This document shows positions 1 to 9,478 of a DNA stretch of 64,000 nucleotides, in pieces. The DNA comes from Deltaproteobacteria bacterium (GTDB lineage: Bacteria; SAR324; NAC60-12), in the NCBI GenBank assembly GCA_038150265.1, contig JAYOTF010000003.1, positions 84,546-148,545 of the forward strand, in the 5' to 3' direction. Numbering within the stretch: the stretch's first letter is position 1; every line of letters starts with the position of its first letter. The notes beneath the pieces were generated by a model, which saw nothing but the letters and a program-made list of their open reading frames with translations, made no database searches and was not told the DNA's origin. Made by a program: the position numbers and the translations under genes.

Positions 1-1680
1 TACCAGGATTCGGTTGCTGAGGAGATGATTCACGTCCTCAACAACGCCGACGTCCGCTTTGCGATCGTCGAGGATCAGGAGCAGGCGGACAAGATGCTTG
101 AGGTCAAGGACCGCTGCCCGCAGCTGGAGTTTGTGGTCTACGAAAACACCCGGGGCATGCGGCACTACGACCAGCCCTTCCTCTTTCAGTTCCAGGACGT
201 CCAGCGCCAGGGTGCCTCCTACCTGCAGGCCCATCCCGATTTTTTTGAGACCGAAGCGGCCAAGGGCTCTGGAGCCGACACCGCCATCTTGCTCTACACC
301 TCCGGAACCACGGGCCTTCCCAAAGGCGTGGCCCTCAGCTTTGACAACCTCATCTTCAGCGGAGAGCTGGGCCGAACGTTCGACTTCCTGACCGATGAGG
401 AAGAGACCCTGGCCTACCTGCCCATGGCATGGGTGGGCGACAACGTCTTCTCGATTGCGCAAGCCTACGTCTGTGGCTTCTGCGTCAATTGCCCAGAGAG
501 TCCGGAAACCGTCCTCACCGACCTCCGTGAAATTGGCCCCACCTACTACTTTGCGCCTCCCTCCGTGTATGAGCGGATGCTCACGCAGGTGATGATCCGG
601 ATCGAAGACGCCGGCAGCACCAAGCGCTGGCTCTTCAACACCTTCATGAAGGTTGCCCGTCGCTGTGGCACCGACATTTTGGATGGGAATCCGGTTTCGC
701 CACTGGACCGACTCCTCTATGCCCTCGGAGAATTGACGATCTACGGCCCGTTGAAAAACGTCCTGGGCCTCAGCCGCATTCGGGTCGCCTACACCGCCGG
801 GGAAGCAATTGGTCCGGAGCTCTTTGCCTTCTTCCGGGCGCTCGGGATCAACATCAAGCAGCTTTACGGGCAAACCGAGGCCTCCGTCTTCATCTGTGCC
901 CAGCCCAACGGGCAGGTCCGCTCCGACACCGTCGGCCCCCCGCTTCCCGGAATTGAGGTCCGCATTGACGACTCCGGAGAGGTCTTCTACCGGAGCCCCG
1001 GAGTCTTTTTGCACTACCACAAGAATCCGGAATCCACGGCCAAGACCAAGAGTCCGGACAACTGGGTCGCCACAGGAGACGCCGGCTTCTTCGACCACGA
1101 GGGGCACCTGAAGATCATCGACCGGGTCAAGGACGTGGGGCGCATGAACGATGGGAGCCTGTTTGCTCCGAAGTACGTGGAAAACAAGCTCAAGTTCTTT
1201 GCCTTCATCAAGCATGCAGTCGTCTTTGGAGACGGACGAGACTACGCCACCGCCTTCATCAACATTGACCTCAATGCGGTGGGCAACTGGGCCGAGCGCA
1301 ACGGTTTGGCCTATTCCGGATACACCGACCTCTCGGCTCGTCAGGAAGTGTACAAGCTCATTCAGGAATGCGTGGAGTCGGTCAACGCTGACCTGGCCCG
1401 AGATGAGAAACTCCGGAGTTCCCAGATTGCACGGTTCCTCTTGCTCCACAAGGAATTGGATGCAGATGACGGAGAGTTGACCCGAACCAGCAAGGTTCGT
1501 CGCAACGTGGTGGATGAACGCTACGGCACCCTGATCAACGCCCTCTACGACCCAGCCCAGAAGCGCTGCCAGATTGAGTCCCTGATCACGTTTGAAGACG
1601 GACGCAAGGGAACCCTCAAGGCCGACCTCTCCATCTGTGACTGCAAGCGCGTCACCGAGCCCCTCAAGGATGCGGCATGA
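1..1680 (+). CDS. Long-chain fatty-acid--CoA ligase (AMP-binding, FadD-like), 5'-truncated by the window edge
   Basis: YTSGTTGLPKG AMP-binding loop, YGQTE and TGDAG motifs. The frame is open back to base 1 (YQDSVAEEM). Confidence 0.9.
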   Translation, partial: YQDSVAEEMIHVLNNADVRFAIVEDQEQADKMLEVKDRCPQLEFVVYENTRGMRHYDQPFLFQFQDVQRQGASYLQAHPDFFETEAAKGSGADTAILLYTSGTTGLPKGVALSFDNLIFSGELGRTFDFLTDEEETLAYLPMAWVGDNVFSIAQAYVCGFCVNCPESPETVLTDLREIGPTYYFAPPSVYERMLTQVMIRIEDAGSTKRWLFNTFMKVARRCGTDILDGNPVSPLDRLLYALGELTIYGPLKNVLGLSRIRVAYTAGEAIGPELFAFFRALGINIKQLYGQTEASVFICAQPNGQVRSDTVGPPLPGIEVRIDDSGEVFYRSPGVFLHYHKNPESTAKTKSPDNWVATGDAGFFDHEGHLKIIDRVKDVGRMNDGSLFAPKYVENKLKFFAFIKHAVVFGDGRDYATAFINIDLNAVGNWAERNGLAYSGYTDLSARQEVYKLIQECVESVNADLARDEKLRSSQIARFLLLHKELDADDGELTRTSKVRRNVVDERYGTLINALYDPAQKRCQIESLITFEDGRKGTLKADLSICDCKRVTEPLKDAA

Positions 1681-2471
1681 GTAACCATCGGCGTGCCATT
1701 GGAGACACGTTGCTGAGCGTGGAACACATCAGCCTCTCCTTCGGAGGAGTGAAGGCGCTCACCGACATCAGCCTCTCTGTTCGCAAGCACGAAATCTTTT
1801 CCATCATTGGCCCGAACGGCGCCGGGAAGACGTCCATGCTCAACGTCATCAACGGCTTCTACCACCCGCAGGAAGGGGCCATCGTCTTCCGGGGCACGCA
1901 CCGCAAGCGCATGCGTCCCCATGAAGCAGCCAAGCAAGGCATCGCCCGGACCTTCCAGAATGTCGCCCTCTTCAAGGGCATGAGCACCCTCGACAACATC
2001 ATGTCCGGACGCCTGCTCAAGATGCACCGCAACATCTTCTGGCAGGCCCTTCACCTGGGACCCGCCCGAGAAGAGGAGCTGGCCCACCGTCGCAAGGTCG
2101 AGGAGATCATCGACTTCCTGGAAATCCAGGCCATCCGCAAGATTCCAGTCGGACGCCTTCCGTATGGGCTGCAGAAACGAGTGGAGTTGGGACGAGCCCT
2201 GGCGATGGAGCCCGACCTGCTGCTGCTGGACGAGCCGATGGCCGGCATGAACCTTGAGGAAAAGCAGGACATGTGTCGCTTCATCCTCGACATCAGCGAA
2301 GAGTACGGAACCACGATGGTGCTCATTGAGCATGACATGGGCGTCGTCATGGACATCTCCGACCGAGTCGCCGTCCTCGATTACGGACGCAAGATCGCTG
2401 ATGGCCCTCCGGACGAAGTCCGCTCCAACCAGGAGGTGATTGATGCTTACCTGGGGGTGAGTCATGACTGA
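1677..2471 (+). CDS. Branched-chain amino acid-type ABC transporter ATP-binding protein (LivG-like)
   Basis: Walker A GPNGAGKT, ARTFQN, LLLLDEP and IEHDM motifs. ATGA overlap with the ligase. Confidence 0.92.
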   Translation: MSNHRRAIGDTLLSVEHISLSFGGVKALTDISLSVRKHEIFSIIGPNGAGKTSMLNVINGFYHPQEGAIVFRGTHRKRMRPHEAAKQGIARTFQNVALFKGMSTLDNIMSGRLLKMHRNIFWQALHLGPAREEELAHRRKVEEIIDFLEIQAIRKIPVGRLPYGLQKRVELGRALAMEPDLLLLDEPMAGMNLEEKQDMCRFILDISEEYGTTMVLIEHDMGVVMDISDRVAVLDYGRKIADGPPDEVRSNQEVIDAYLGVSHD

Positions 2472-2489
2472 GCCCAGGAACGGAGAATT

Positions 2490-3419
2490 ATGGAACTGAT
2501 GTTTTTTTTCGAAACCCTGATCAGTGGCCTCATGGCTGGAGTCATGTACTCCCTGGTCGCTCTCGGTTTCGTGTTGATCTTCAAGGCTTCCGGAGTCTTC
2601 AACTTCTCTCAGGGAGTGCTGTGCCTGTTTGCAGCCCTCGCCCTGTTTGACTTCATTTCAGAAGACGGCTGGGTGTACGCCCTCTTTGGCTTTGCCCTCC
2701 CCGTCTGGCTCGGCATCCTCCTGACCGTTGTGGTGATGATTGGGGTCGCTTGGCTCATTGAACGCCTCGTGCTGCGGCACCTGGTCAACCAGGACCCGAT
2801 CATCCTCTTCATGGCCACGATCGGGCTGGCCTACGTTCTGGAAGGCGCAGGAGACATCCTCTTCGGCTCCGACGTGAAGCCCCTGGACATTGGACTGCCT
2901 CAAGGCGCCTCGGACTACCTACTCGACACCTACGGACTCTACATTGAAAAACTGGAGGTCGTGGCGGCAATCACCGCTGCCGTGCTCGTGGCGGTTCTTG
3001 CGGTCTTCTTCCAGAAGACCCGAATTGGTCGAGCCCTGCGTGCCGTCGCTGACGACCACCAGGCCGCACTTTCCGTGGGCATCTCCCTCAATGCCATCTG
3101 GGTCATCGTCTGGTCGGTGGCCGGCATCGTCGCCCTCGTGGCCGGAATCATGTGGGGGTCGAAGTCCGGGGTTCAGTTTTCCCTTTCGCTGATTGCCCTC
3201 AAGGCCCTTCCGGTCCTGATCCTCGGAGGCTTCACTTCGGTTCCAGGGGCCATCATTGGAGGACTGATCATTGGCGTGGGAGAGAAACTGGCAGAGATCT
3301 ATGCCGGACCGCTGGTCGGCGGAGCCCTGGAGAACTGGTTTGCCTACATGTTGGCATTGGTCTTCCTCCTGTTCCGTCCGCAAGGGCTGTTTGGAGAGCG
3401 CATCATTGAACGGGTCTGA
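2490..3419 (+). CDS. ABC transporter permease (LivH-like)
   Basis: Hydrophobic protein with YSLVALGFVLIFKASGVFNF, GRALRAVA and RPQGLFG. Confidence 0.92.
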   Translation: MELMFFFETLISGLMAGVMYSLVALGFVLIFKASGVFNFSQGVLCLFAALALFDFISEDGWVYALFGFALPVWLGILLTVVVMIGVAWLIERLVLRHLVNQDPIILFMATIGLAYVLEGAGDILFGSDVKPLDIGLPQGASDYLLDTYGLYIEKLEVVAAITAAVLVAVLAVFFQKTRIGRALRAVADDHQAALSVGISLNAIWVIVWSVAGIVALVAGIMWGSKSGVQFSLSLIALKALPVLILGGFTSVPGAIIGGLIIGVGEKLAEIYAGPLVGGALENWFAYMLALVFLLFRPQGLFGERIIERV

Positions 3420-3422
3420 AGC

Positions 3423-4499
3423 ATGATTTATCGAGAGTCTGGACAGTTCAAATCCAGTTACAGCGGCGACCAGGCGATCTTCCCGATCCTTCAGGACCGG
3501 ATCTTTCTGGTGCTGGTCGCCCTGATTGCCGTGGTCGGGATTCCCACCATTGTTGACGACTACTGGGCCAACGCGGTTTTCATTCCCTTGCTCGTCTTCA
3601 CCCTCGCCGCCATTGGCCTCAACATCCTCACCGGATACTGCGGACAGCTGAGCCTCGGCACCGGCGCCTTCATGGCGGTTGGGGCGTACGCGACCTACAA
3701 GCTGATGACGGCTTTTCCGGAGATGAACTTCATCCTCATCGTCATCCTCTCCGGTTTTGTCACAGCAGGAGTGGGGGTCCTCTTTGGGCTGCCCTCTCTG
3801 CGCATCAAGGGGTTCTACCTCGCGGTGGCCACGCTGGCCGCCCAGTTCTTTCTGGTGTGGCTCTTCAACAAGGTCGGGTGGTTCTTCAACTACAACGCAA
3901 CCGGACAGATCAACGCGACCCGCATGCACGTGTTCGGGATCCAGATCACGGGTCCGGAAGCCACACCGGCTGCTCGGTACCTCTTCTGCCTCTTCTTTGC
4001 CATCGTCTTTGCCCTGGTGGCCAAGAACCTGGTCCGCGGGCGCATCGGACGCTCCTGGATGGCCATCCGGGACATGGACATTGCGGCAGAACTGATCGGC
4101 ATCCGCCCCCTGCAGACCAAACTCTCGGCCTTTGCCGTCAGCTCCTTCTACGTGGGCATGGCAGGCTCGCTCTACTTTTCCGTCTGGTTGGGTGCGGCCG
4201 AGGTGACCGAAGCCTTCAGCATCAATCAGTCCTTCTTCGTCCTCTTCATGGTCATCATCGGTGGGCTGGGAACCGTCCTTGGCTCCTTCCTCGGGGCCGC
4301 GTTCATGGTCCTGATGCCAATCTTGCTGAAAAACTTCCTGGTCGATGGCATCGGCGTGGAGGTGGTTACAGCCAAGCACGTCGAGATCATGGTGATGGGC
4401 ATCTTGATTGTCACCTTCCTGATCGTCGAGCCTCACGGACTTGCCCGGCTCTGGCAGATCATGAAAGAAAAGCTCCGCCTCTGGCCCTTTCCCTACTGA
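3423..4499 (+). CDS. ABC transporter permease (LivM-like)
   Basis: GLNILTGYCGQLSLG, GFYLAVATL, GRSWMAIRD and MVIIGGLG motifs. Confidence 0.92.
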   Translation: MIYRESGQFKSSYSGDQAIFPILQDRIFLVLVALIAVVGIPTIVDDYWANAVFIPLLVFTLAAIGLNILTGYCGQLSLGTGAFMAVGAYATYKLMTAFPEMNFILIVILSGFVTAGVGVLFGLPSLRIKGFYLAVATLAAQFFLVWLFNKVGWFFNYNATGQINATRMHVFGIQITGPEATPAARYLFCLFFAIVFALVAKNLVRGRIGRSWMAIRDMDIAAELIGIRPLQTKLSAFAVSSFYVGMAGSLYFSVWLGAAEVTEAFSINQSFFVLFMVIIGGLGTVLGSFLGAAFMVLMPILLKNFLVDGIGVEVVTAKHVEIMVMGILIVTFLIVEPHGLARLWQIMKEKLRLWPFPY

Positions 4500-4542
4500 T
4501 CGGGCCCCAAGCCGAGCGCAACCTTCCTCAGGAGAGAAAACC

Positions 4543-5865
4543 ATGAACCTCAAGCAGCGATTCCTGCGAGCCGCCCTCGCCACGGTTGCTCTGCCGCTGA
4601 CCCTCGTGAGCGCCCACGCCTATGAGCTGGTCGTTCCCAGTCTGGACTACCGGACCGGGCCTTACGCGCCCAACGGCATCCCGGTCGCCAACGGCTTTGC
4701 CGACTACTTCACGCTCCTCAACGAGCGCGACGGTGGCATCAACGGTGTTCCAGTCAAGCTGGTTCCCTGTGAAACCGCCTACAACACCCAGCAGGGGGTG
4801 GAGTGCTATGAAAACACCAAGAACACCGAGCCCTCCGGCGCCCTGGTGTACAACCCCCTCTCCACCGGCATCACCTACCAGCTGATTCCGAAAGCGAGTG
4901 TCGACCAGATCCCGGTCCTTTCCCTGGGCTATGGCCGCACCTCGGCTGCCAACGGGAAGGTCTTCCCCTGGATCTTCAACTTTCCCGGAACCTACTGGGA
5001 TGGCGCTTCCATCTTCATGAAGTACATTGGCGAGAAGGAAGGGGGCATGAGCAACCTCAAGGGCAAGAAGATCGCCCTTGTCTACCACAACTCCGCCTAC
5101 GGAAAAGAGCCGATCCGGACCCTTGAGGCGCTGGCCAGCAAGCATGGCTTTGAGCTGCAATTGCTGCCCGTTGACCACCCAGGTCAGGAGCAAAAAGCCA
5201 CCTGGCTGCAGGTCCGTCGTGGTCGTCCGGACTGGGTCCTGATGTGGGGCTGGGGCGTGATGAACCAGGTCGCCATCAAGGAAGCCGCTTCTGTGCGTTT
5301 CCCGATGGATCGCTTCATCGGCATCTGGTGGTCGGGTTCAGAGAACGACGTGCTGCCCGCTGGAGCTGATGCGGACGGCTACCTCTCCGGAGCCTTCACG
5401 GCACCACGCCGCGACTTCCCGCTCTTTGATGAGATCCGAAAACTCGTTTACGATGCCGGCAAAGGCGCAGGTGAGCGAGACCGCATTGGTGAGGTCCTCT
5501 ACGGACGAGGCGTCCTGCAGGCCGTCTATGTTGCAGAGGCGATCCAAAAGGCCATGGAGATTCATGGCACCAAGGAGATCCGGGGCGTCCACATGCGAGA
5601 CGGTCTGGAGCAACTGACCATCACGGCAGCCCGCTGGAACGAGCTGGGCCTCCCGGGCTTTGCCTCTCCGGTGAACATCTCCTGCTCCAACCACGCAGGT
5701 CCGCGGGAAGCCGCGATTCAGCAGTGGGATGCCAAAGCGCAGCAGTGGAACCTTGTCACCGACTTCATGACACCCGACCTGGCCATCGTGGATCCGTTGA
5801 TTGAACAAGACTCCATGGCGTATGCGAAAGAGAACGGCATCACGCCCAAGAGCAACTGCATGTAA
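4543..5865 (+). CDS. ABC transporter substrate-binding protein (Liv/PBP1 family)
   Basis: Signal peptide ending AHA; YRTGPYA and NERDGGING motifs; GGAG RBS upstream. Confidence 0.9.
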   Translation: MNLKQRFLRAALATVALPLTLVSAHAYELVVPSLDYRTGPYAPNGIPVANGFADYFTLLNERDGGINGVPVKLVPCETAYNTQQGVECYENTKNTEPSGALVYNPLSTGITYQLIPKASVDQIPVLSLGYGRTSAANGKVFPWIFNFPGTYWDGASIFMKYIGEKEGGMSNLKGKKIALVYHNSAYGKEPIRTLEALASKHGFELQLLPVDHPGQEQKATWLQVRRGRPDWVLMWGWGVMNQVAIKEAASVRFPMDRFIGIWWSGSENDVLPAGADADGYLSGAFTAPRRDFPLFDEIRKLVYDAGKGAGERDRIGEVLYGRGVLQAVYVAEAIQKAMEIHGTKEIRGVHMRDGLEQLTITAARWNELGLPGFASPVNISCSNHAGPREAAIQQWDAKAQQWNLVTDFMTPDLAIVDPLIEQDSMAYAKENGITPKSNCM

Positions 5866-5872
5866 CTGAGTC

Positions 5873-5892
5873 AGGGAGCCTTCGGGCTCCCT
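5873..5892 (+). other. Intergenic stem-loop after the SBP gene, probably mRNA-stabilising
   Basis: AGGGAGCC-TTCG-GGCTCCCT perfect hairpin with a cUUCGg loop and no U-tract. Confidence 0.6.
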
Positions 5893-5915
5893 CTCCACTC
5901 CGGAACAAAGAACCC

Positions 5916-6740
5916 ATGAGTGCCGCTCCATCTGCAAGGCCGACCCTGCTGGCGGTCAACAACGTTGAGGTCATCTACAACCACGTCATCCTCGTCCTGA
6001 AGGGAGTCTCCCTGACGGTCAACCAGGGGAGCATTGTGGCACTGTTGGGCGCCAACGGAGCAGGCAAGACCACCACCCTCAAGGCGGTCTCGAACCTCCT
6101 CCGTGCGGAGCGGGGGGAAGTCACCAAGGGCTCCATTGAGTTTGAGGGAAGCCGTGTCGACGCCCTCACTCCCAATGACCTGGTCCGACGGGGCTGCATT
6201 CAGGTCATGGAAGGACGGCACGTCTTCGGACACCTGACCACCGAAGAGAACCTGCTCACCGGCGCCTACACCCGTCGCGACGGACGAGGTGCCATTGCGC
6301 AGGACCTGGAGATGGTCTATGACTACTTTCCCCGCCTGCGGGTGCGTCGCTCGTCTCAGGCGGGTTACACGTCCGGAGGGGAGCAGCAGATGATCGCCAT
6401 CGGACGCGCCCTGATGTCTCGCCCCAAGATGATCCTCCTGGATGAGCCCTCAATGGGTCTGGCGCCTCAGTTGGTGGAAGAGATTTTTGAGATCGTCAAG
6501 AGCCTCAACCAAAAGGAAGGAGTCAGCTTCCTGCTGGCCGAGCAGAACACCAACATCGCCCTGCGGTATTCCACCTATGGCTACATTCTTGAAAATGGTC
6601 GGGTGGTGATGGATGGAGAGGCTTCCCACCTTCGGGAAAATGATGACGTCCAGGAGTTTTACCTGGGAGTGAGCGGCGACGGTCGCAAGAGCTTCCGGGA
6701 TGTAAAGCACTACCGCCGCCGCAAACGCTGGCTCGGTTAA
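5916..6740 (+). CDS. ABC transporter ATP-binding protein (LivF-like)
   Basis: GANGAGKTT, SGGEQQM, LLDEPSMGL and EQN motifs. Confidence 0.92.
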   Translation: MSAAPSARPTLLAVNNVEVIYNHVILVLKGVSLTVNQGSIVALLGANGAGKTTTLKAVSNLLRAERGEVTKGSIEFEGSRVDALTPNDLVRRGCIQVMEGRHVFGHLTTEENLLTGAYTRRDGRGAIAQDLEMVYDYFPRLRVRRSSQAGYTSGGEQQMIAIGRALMSRPKMILLDEPSMGLAPQLVEEIFEIVKSLNQKEGVSFLLAEQNTNIALRYSTYGYILENGRVVMDGEASHLRENDDVQEFYLGVSGDGRKSFRDVKHYRRRKRWLG

Positions 6741-7498
6741 GCCGCTTGCTGAACCGCTAGCTCGGCTTCCAGGGCATTCCAGAACTGCAACCGTGCTTCC
6801 AGCGCCCGCTGGGCCGCCCGCTGGGCTTCCTGCCACTTCCACTCATCCTGCCCGCACACCCGCTTCAGCAGGGCCTGCGCCATTGGTCCATGACGCTCTT
6901 CGTCGTGATGAATGTGCTCATCCAGATAATGCCGGAAGAGTCCCCAGCGCTCTGGATCCGACTCGGCCAGCTGGGTCACCAGCTTCTGAAACATCCCCGG
7001 AATGATGTCCTCACGCCCATACGCAAAGGCGGCCACTGTTTCATGCAGCTTGCCTCCCGCAATGATCTCAAAGGTCGTCTGCATGAACGCGGCGGCGCCC
7101 ACCGGAAGCTCAGTGCGGCTCAGCAGTTCCAGCACCGGCGTTCCGGAAGCCACCTGCTCGAGGAAGGCGTCAATCGGCACACAATCGGCCCCGGCTTTGC
7201 GCATCGCGTCTCGGTAGAGCTCAAAGTGAGAGGCGTACCCACCTTCCGGATGCGGCGCGCTTTCTTCATCCAGAACAATCTCGTTGATCAGACGCCGCGC
7301 CTCGGTGTCGGCCGTAGGAAGCCACGGAACAGAGACACCGGTGAGTTGGATCTGCAATGACTTCAGAAGCGACTGGAAGTCCCAAACAGAAAACACGTGG
7401 GAACGGGTGAAGTGCTGAAGCTGCGCCTCATTCGTCACAGCTTGGTACACGGGATGATCAAACAGCTGCGCCTTTACGGCATTCAGGTCGAGTTCCAT
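6737..7498 (-). CDS. DUF3050-family protein (heme-oxygenase-like diiron fold)
   Basis: HVFSVWDFQSLLK, RRLINEIVLDEES, SHFELY, GREDIIP and YLDEHIHHDEERHGP motifs. Start at ATG 7498 or TTG 7507. Confidence 0.8.
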   Translation of the reverse strand: MELDLNAVKAQLFDHPVYQAVTNEAQLQHFTRSHVFSVWDFQSLLKSLQIQLTGVSVPWLPTADTEARRLINEIVLDEESAPHPEGGYASHFELYRDAMRKAGADCVPIDAFLEQVASGTPVLELLSRTELPVGAAAFMQTTFEIIAGGKLHETVAAFAYGREDIIPGMFQKLVTQLAESDPERWGLFRHYLDEHIHHDEERHGPMAQALLKRVCGQDEWKWQEAQRAAQRALEARLQFWNALEAELAVQQAA

Positions 7499-7503
7499 AG
7501 CAG

Positions 7504-8268
7504 TCAATTCAGGTCAAGAGAGGCAAGAAACGCATCCAGCTCGTGCAGCACCTCGTCTGCAACGGCTTCCAGCAGTAAAACATGCCCCGCCTCGGGAAAC
7601 CAGCGAATCTGCTTCAGGCCAGAGGAAACCCGCTGGAGCAGCCTGGCGGCAAATTCCGGAGCCACCGTTTCATCCTTTCCCCCCTGAAAGACCAGAAGCG
7701 GCTGGTGCAGCCTGATGAGCTGCCCCCAGACTTCCCCCTGCAACCGAACCAACTCGCAGCCCGCCCGCAGCGGATTGACCGCATACCCCTGCCACCCAGA
7801 CTCTTCCTTGCGGGACGCCCGCTTGGGAACCGACTCCACAAAGGGAGCCGCCGCAAACATCAGCATCTGCTCCCACCAGGGACGCGCCAACCGCAGCGCC
7901 GGCGCCAGCACCACCACCGCGTCCACCTCCGGATGCCGGGTTGCAAGATCCAGCGACAGCATTCCTCCTGCAGACTCACCCACCAGAATCACCCGGTCGC
8001 ACTGCGCCCGCAGCGCCTGGTACTCCTGAAGCACCAGGGCCCGCCAATCGTGCCGGGTCGTCCGATTCAGGTCAGTAGGCGTGGTTCCATGTCCCGGAAG
8101 CAACGGGGCTCGAACACTCCAGCCCTGCTGATGAAGGTGATGGGCCAGGCCCCGGACTTCCACCGTTGTGGCCGTCAAGCCGTGCAGCAGCAACGCCCCC
8201 TTGCGTCCCCCTTCGAGAACCACTGGACCGCCGTCCAGTTCCGGATGAATAAGCATAGTTGGTTTCAA
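7504..8268 (-). CDS. Carboxylesterase / alpha-beta hydrolase (Est30/YvaK-like)
   Basis: LLHGL, PLLPGHGT, nucleophile elbow GESAGG, Asp in KDETV and His in AGHVL. Start at TTG 8268 or ATG 8256. Confidence 0.85.
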   Translation of the reverse strand: MKPTMLIHPELDGGPVVLEGGRKGALLLHGLTATTVEVRGLAHHLHQQGWSVRAPLLPGHGTTPTDLNRTTRHDWRALVLQEYQALRAQCDRVILVGESAGGMLSLDLATRHPEVDAVVVLAPALRLARPWWEQMLMFAAAPFVESVPKRASRKEESGWQGYAVNPLRAGCELVRLQGEVWGQLIRLHQPLLVFQGGKDETVAPEFAARLLQRVSSGLKQIRWFPEAGHVLLLEAVADEVLHELDAFLASLDLN

Positions 8269-8280
8269 AAAATCGATGAT

Positions 8281-8463
8281 CTAGCGAGAACTCCACCAGG
8301 TTACCAGCGCGACCAACCCGAGTAGGCAGAGCCCAATTCCCAGGGAAACCACGCTGATGGCAAACTCAGCGCTGTCCGGATCGGTCACAAAGACGAGCAC
8401 ACAGGAGGTCCCGGCCACAAACCAGCCCGCCCGGAAGAACGCCTTCAGCAGCTCAGGCGCCAT
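8281..8463 (-). CDS. Small two-TM membrane protein (60 aa)
   Basis: MAPELLKAFFRAGWFVAG...WWSSR with two hydrophobic segments. Strong GAGGAGG RBS; overlaps the end of oppF. Confidence 0.7.
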   Translation of the reverse strand: MAPELLKAFFRAGWFVAGTSCVLVFVTDPDSAEFAISVVSLGIGLCLLGLVALVTWWSSR

Positions 8464-9478
8464 CCTCCTCCGCTGATGAACCATACCGTCGCAACGCCTG
8501 CCCCTGCAGCAAGGGCGCGCAGGCGACCTGAACCTGGTGCCCAGGGGAGCGCCCCAACTGCGGAATCGCCTGATCGCAGACGCCGGGAGCAAACCACGGG
8601 CAGCGTGGGTGAAAGGTGCACCCGGACGGCAACTCCGTCAGCTTCGGAATGTCTTCGCTCCGGAGCCGGATGTGCTGCTTGCTCCGCGTCTTCTCCGGGT
8701 CCGGTTCGGGGATTGCCGAAAGCAGCACCTGCGTGTAGGGATGCTGGGGCTGCGCAATCAGTTCCGGAGTCGGTCCCACCTCCACGATCCGTCCGAGGTA
8801 CATGACGGCAATCTGCCCCTCCCAGGCAAAGTACTTGGCCAGGGCCAGGTCATGCGTAATGAAGACAATCGTCACCCCCAGCTCATCCCGGAGCCTCATC
8901 ATCATCTGAAGCAGCCCAATCCGGATGGAAACATCCACCATGCTTACCGACTCATCGGCCACAATCAGCGAGGGATTCGTGGTCAGTGCCCGTGCAATGC
9001 TGACGCGCTGGCGCTGCCCGCCGCTCAGTTGGTAGGGGTACTTGTCGATCACGTCCCCAACCGGCGTCAGGTCCACCAGCTCCAGCAGCTCCGCCACCCG
9101 TTCGCGCGCGTGCCGACGGTTCCGGACCAGCTTGTGGTGCAGCAGCGGAAAGCTGAGCATCTGATCGATCGTGTGAACCGGATTCAGCGAGGCGTACGGG
9201 TCCTGATGAATGATCTGCACCGAACGGCGGTACTCCTTCAGGGCAGCTGGGCTGAGCGTCGCGACATCGTCTCCCTGAAAGTAGATCTGCCCTGCAGAAG
9301 GGGGCAGCAGCCCCGCAAGGATCTTCCCGGTGGTGGTCTTTCCGCAGCCACTCTCGCCCACCAGGCAAAGGAACTTCAACGGGTCCACCTCCAGGTTCAC
9401 TTCCTGAAGCACCGGCACCTCGATCTTCCCCTTCCGGAAGGAGCGGGAGACGTTTTCAAGACGCATCAAGGCCGTCAT
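8453..9478 (-). CDS. Oligopeptide/oligosaccharide ABC transporter ATP-binding protein (OppF-like)
   Basis: GESGCGKTT, QDPYASLNP, LSGGQRQR and C-terminal GCTFHPRCP. Start placed at MTALMRL. Confidence 0.92.
   Translation of the reverse strand: MTALMRLENVSRSFRKGKIEVPVLQEVNLEVDPLKFLCLVGESGCGKTTTGKILAGLLPPSAGQIYFQGDDVATLSPAALKEYRRSVQIIHQDPYASLNPVHTIDQMLSFPLLHHKLVRNRRHARERVAELLELVDLTPVGDVIDKYPYQLSGGQRQRVSIARALTTNPSLIVADESVSMVDVSIRIGLLQMMMRLRDELGVTIVFITHDLALAKYFAWEGQIAVMYLGRIVEVGPTPELIAQPQHPYTQVLLSAIPEPDPEKTRSKQHIRLRSEDIPKLTELPSGCTFHPRCPWFAPGVCDQAIPQLGRSPGHQVQVACAPLLQGQALRRYGSSAEEDGA

Noticed and set aside
2919..4583. 554-aa minus-strand ORF, and similar long antisense ORFs such as 20022-21644, 33477-34985, 49622-51343 and 56864-58372
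   Set aside because: They lie opposite well-supported genes and have shadow-like composition.
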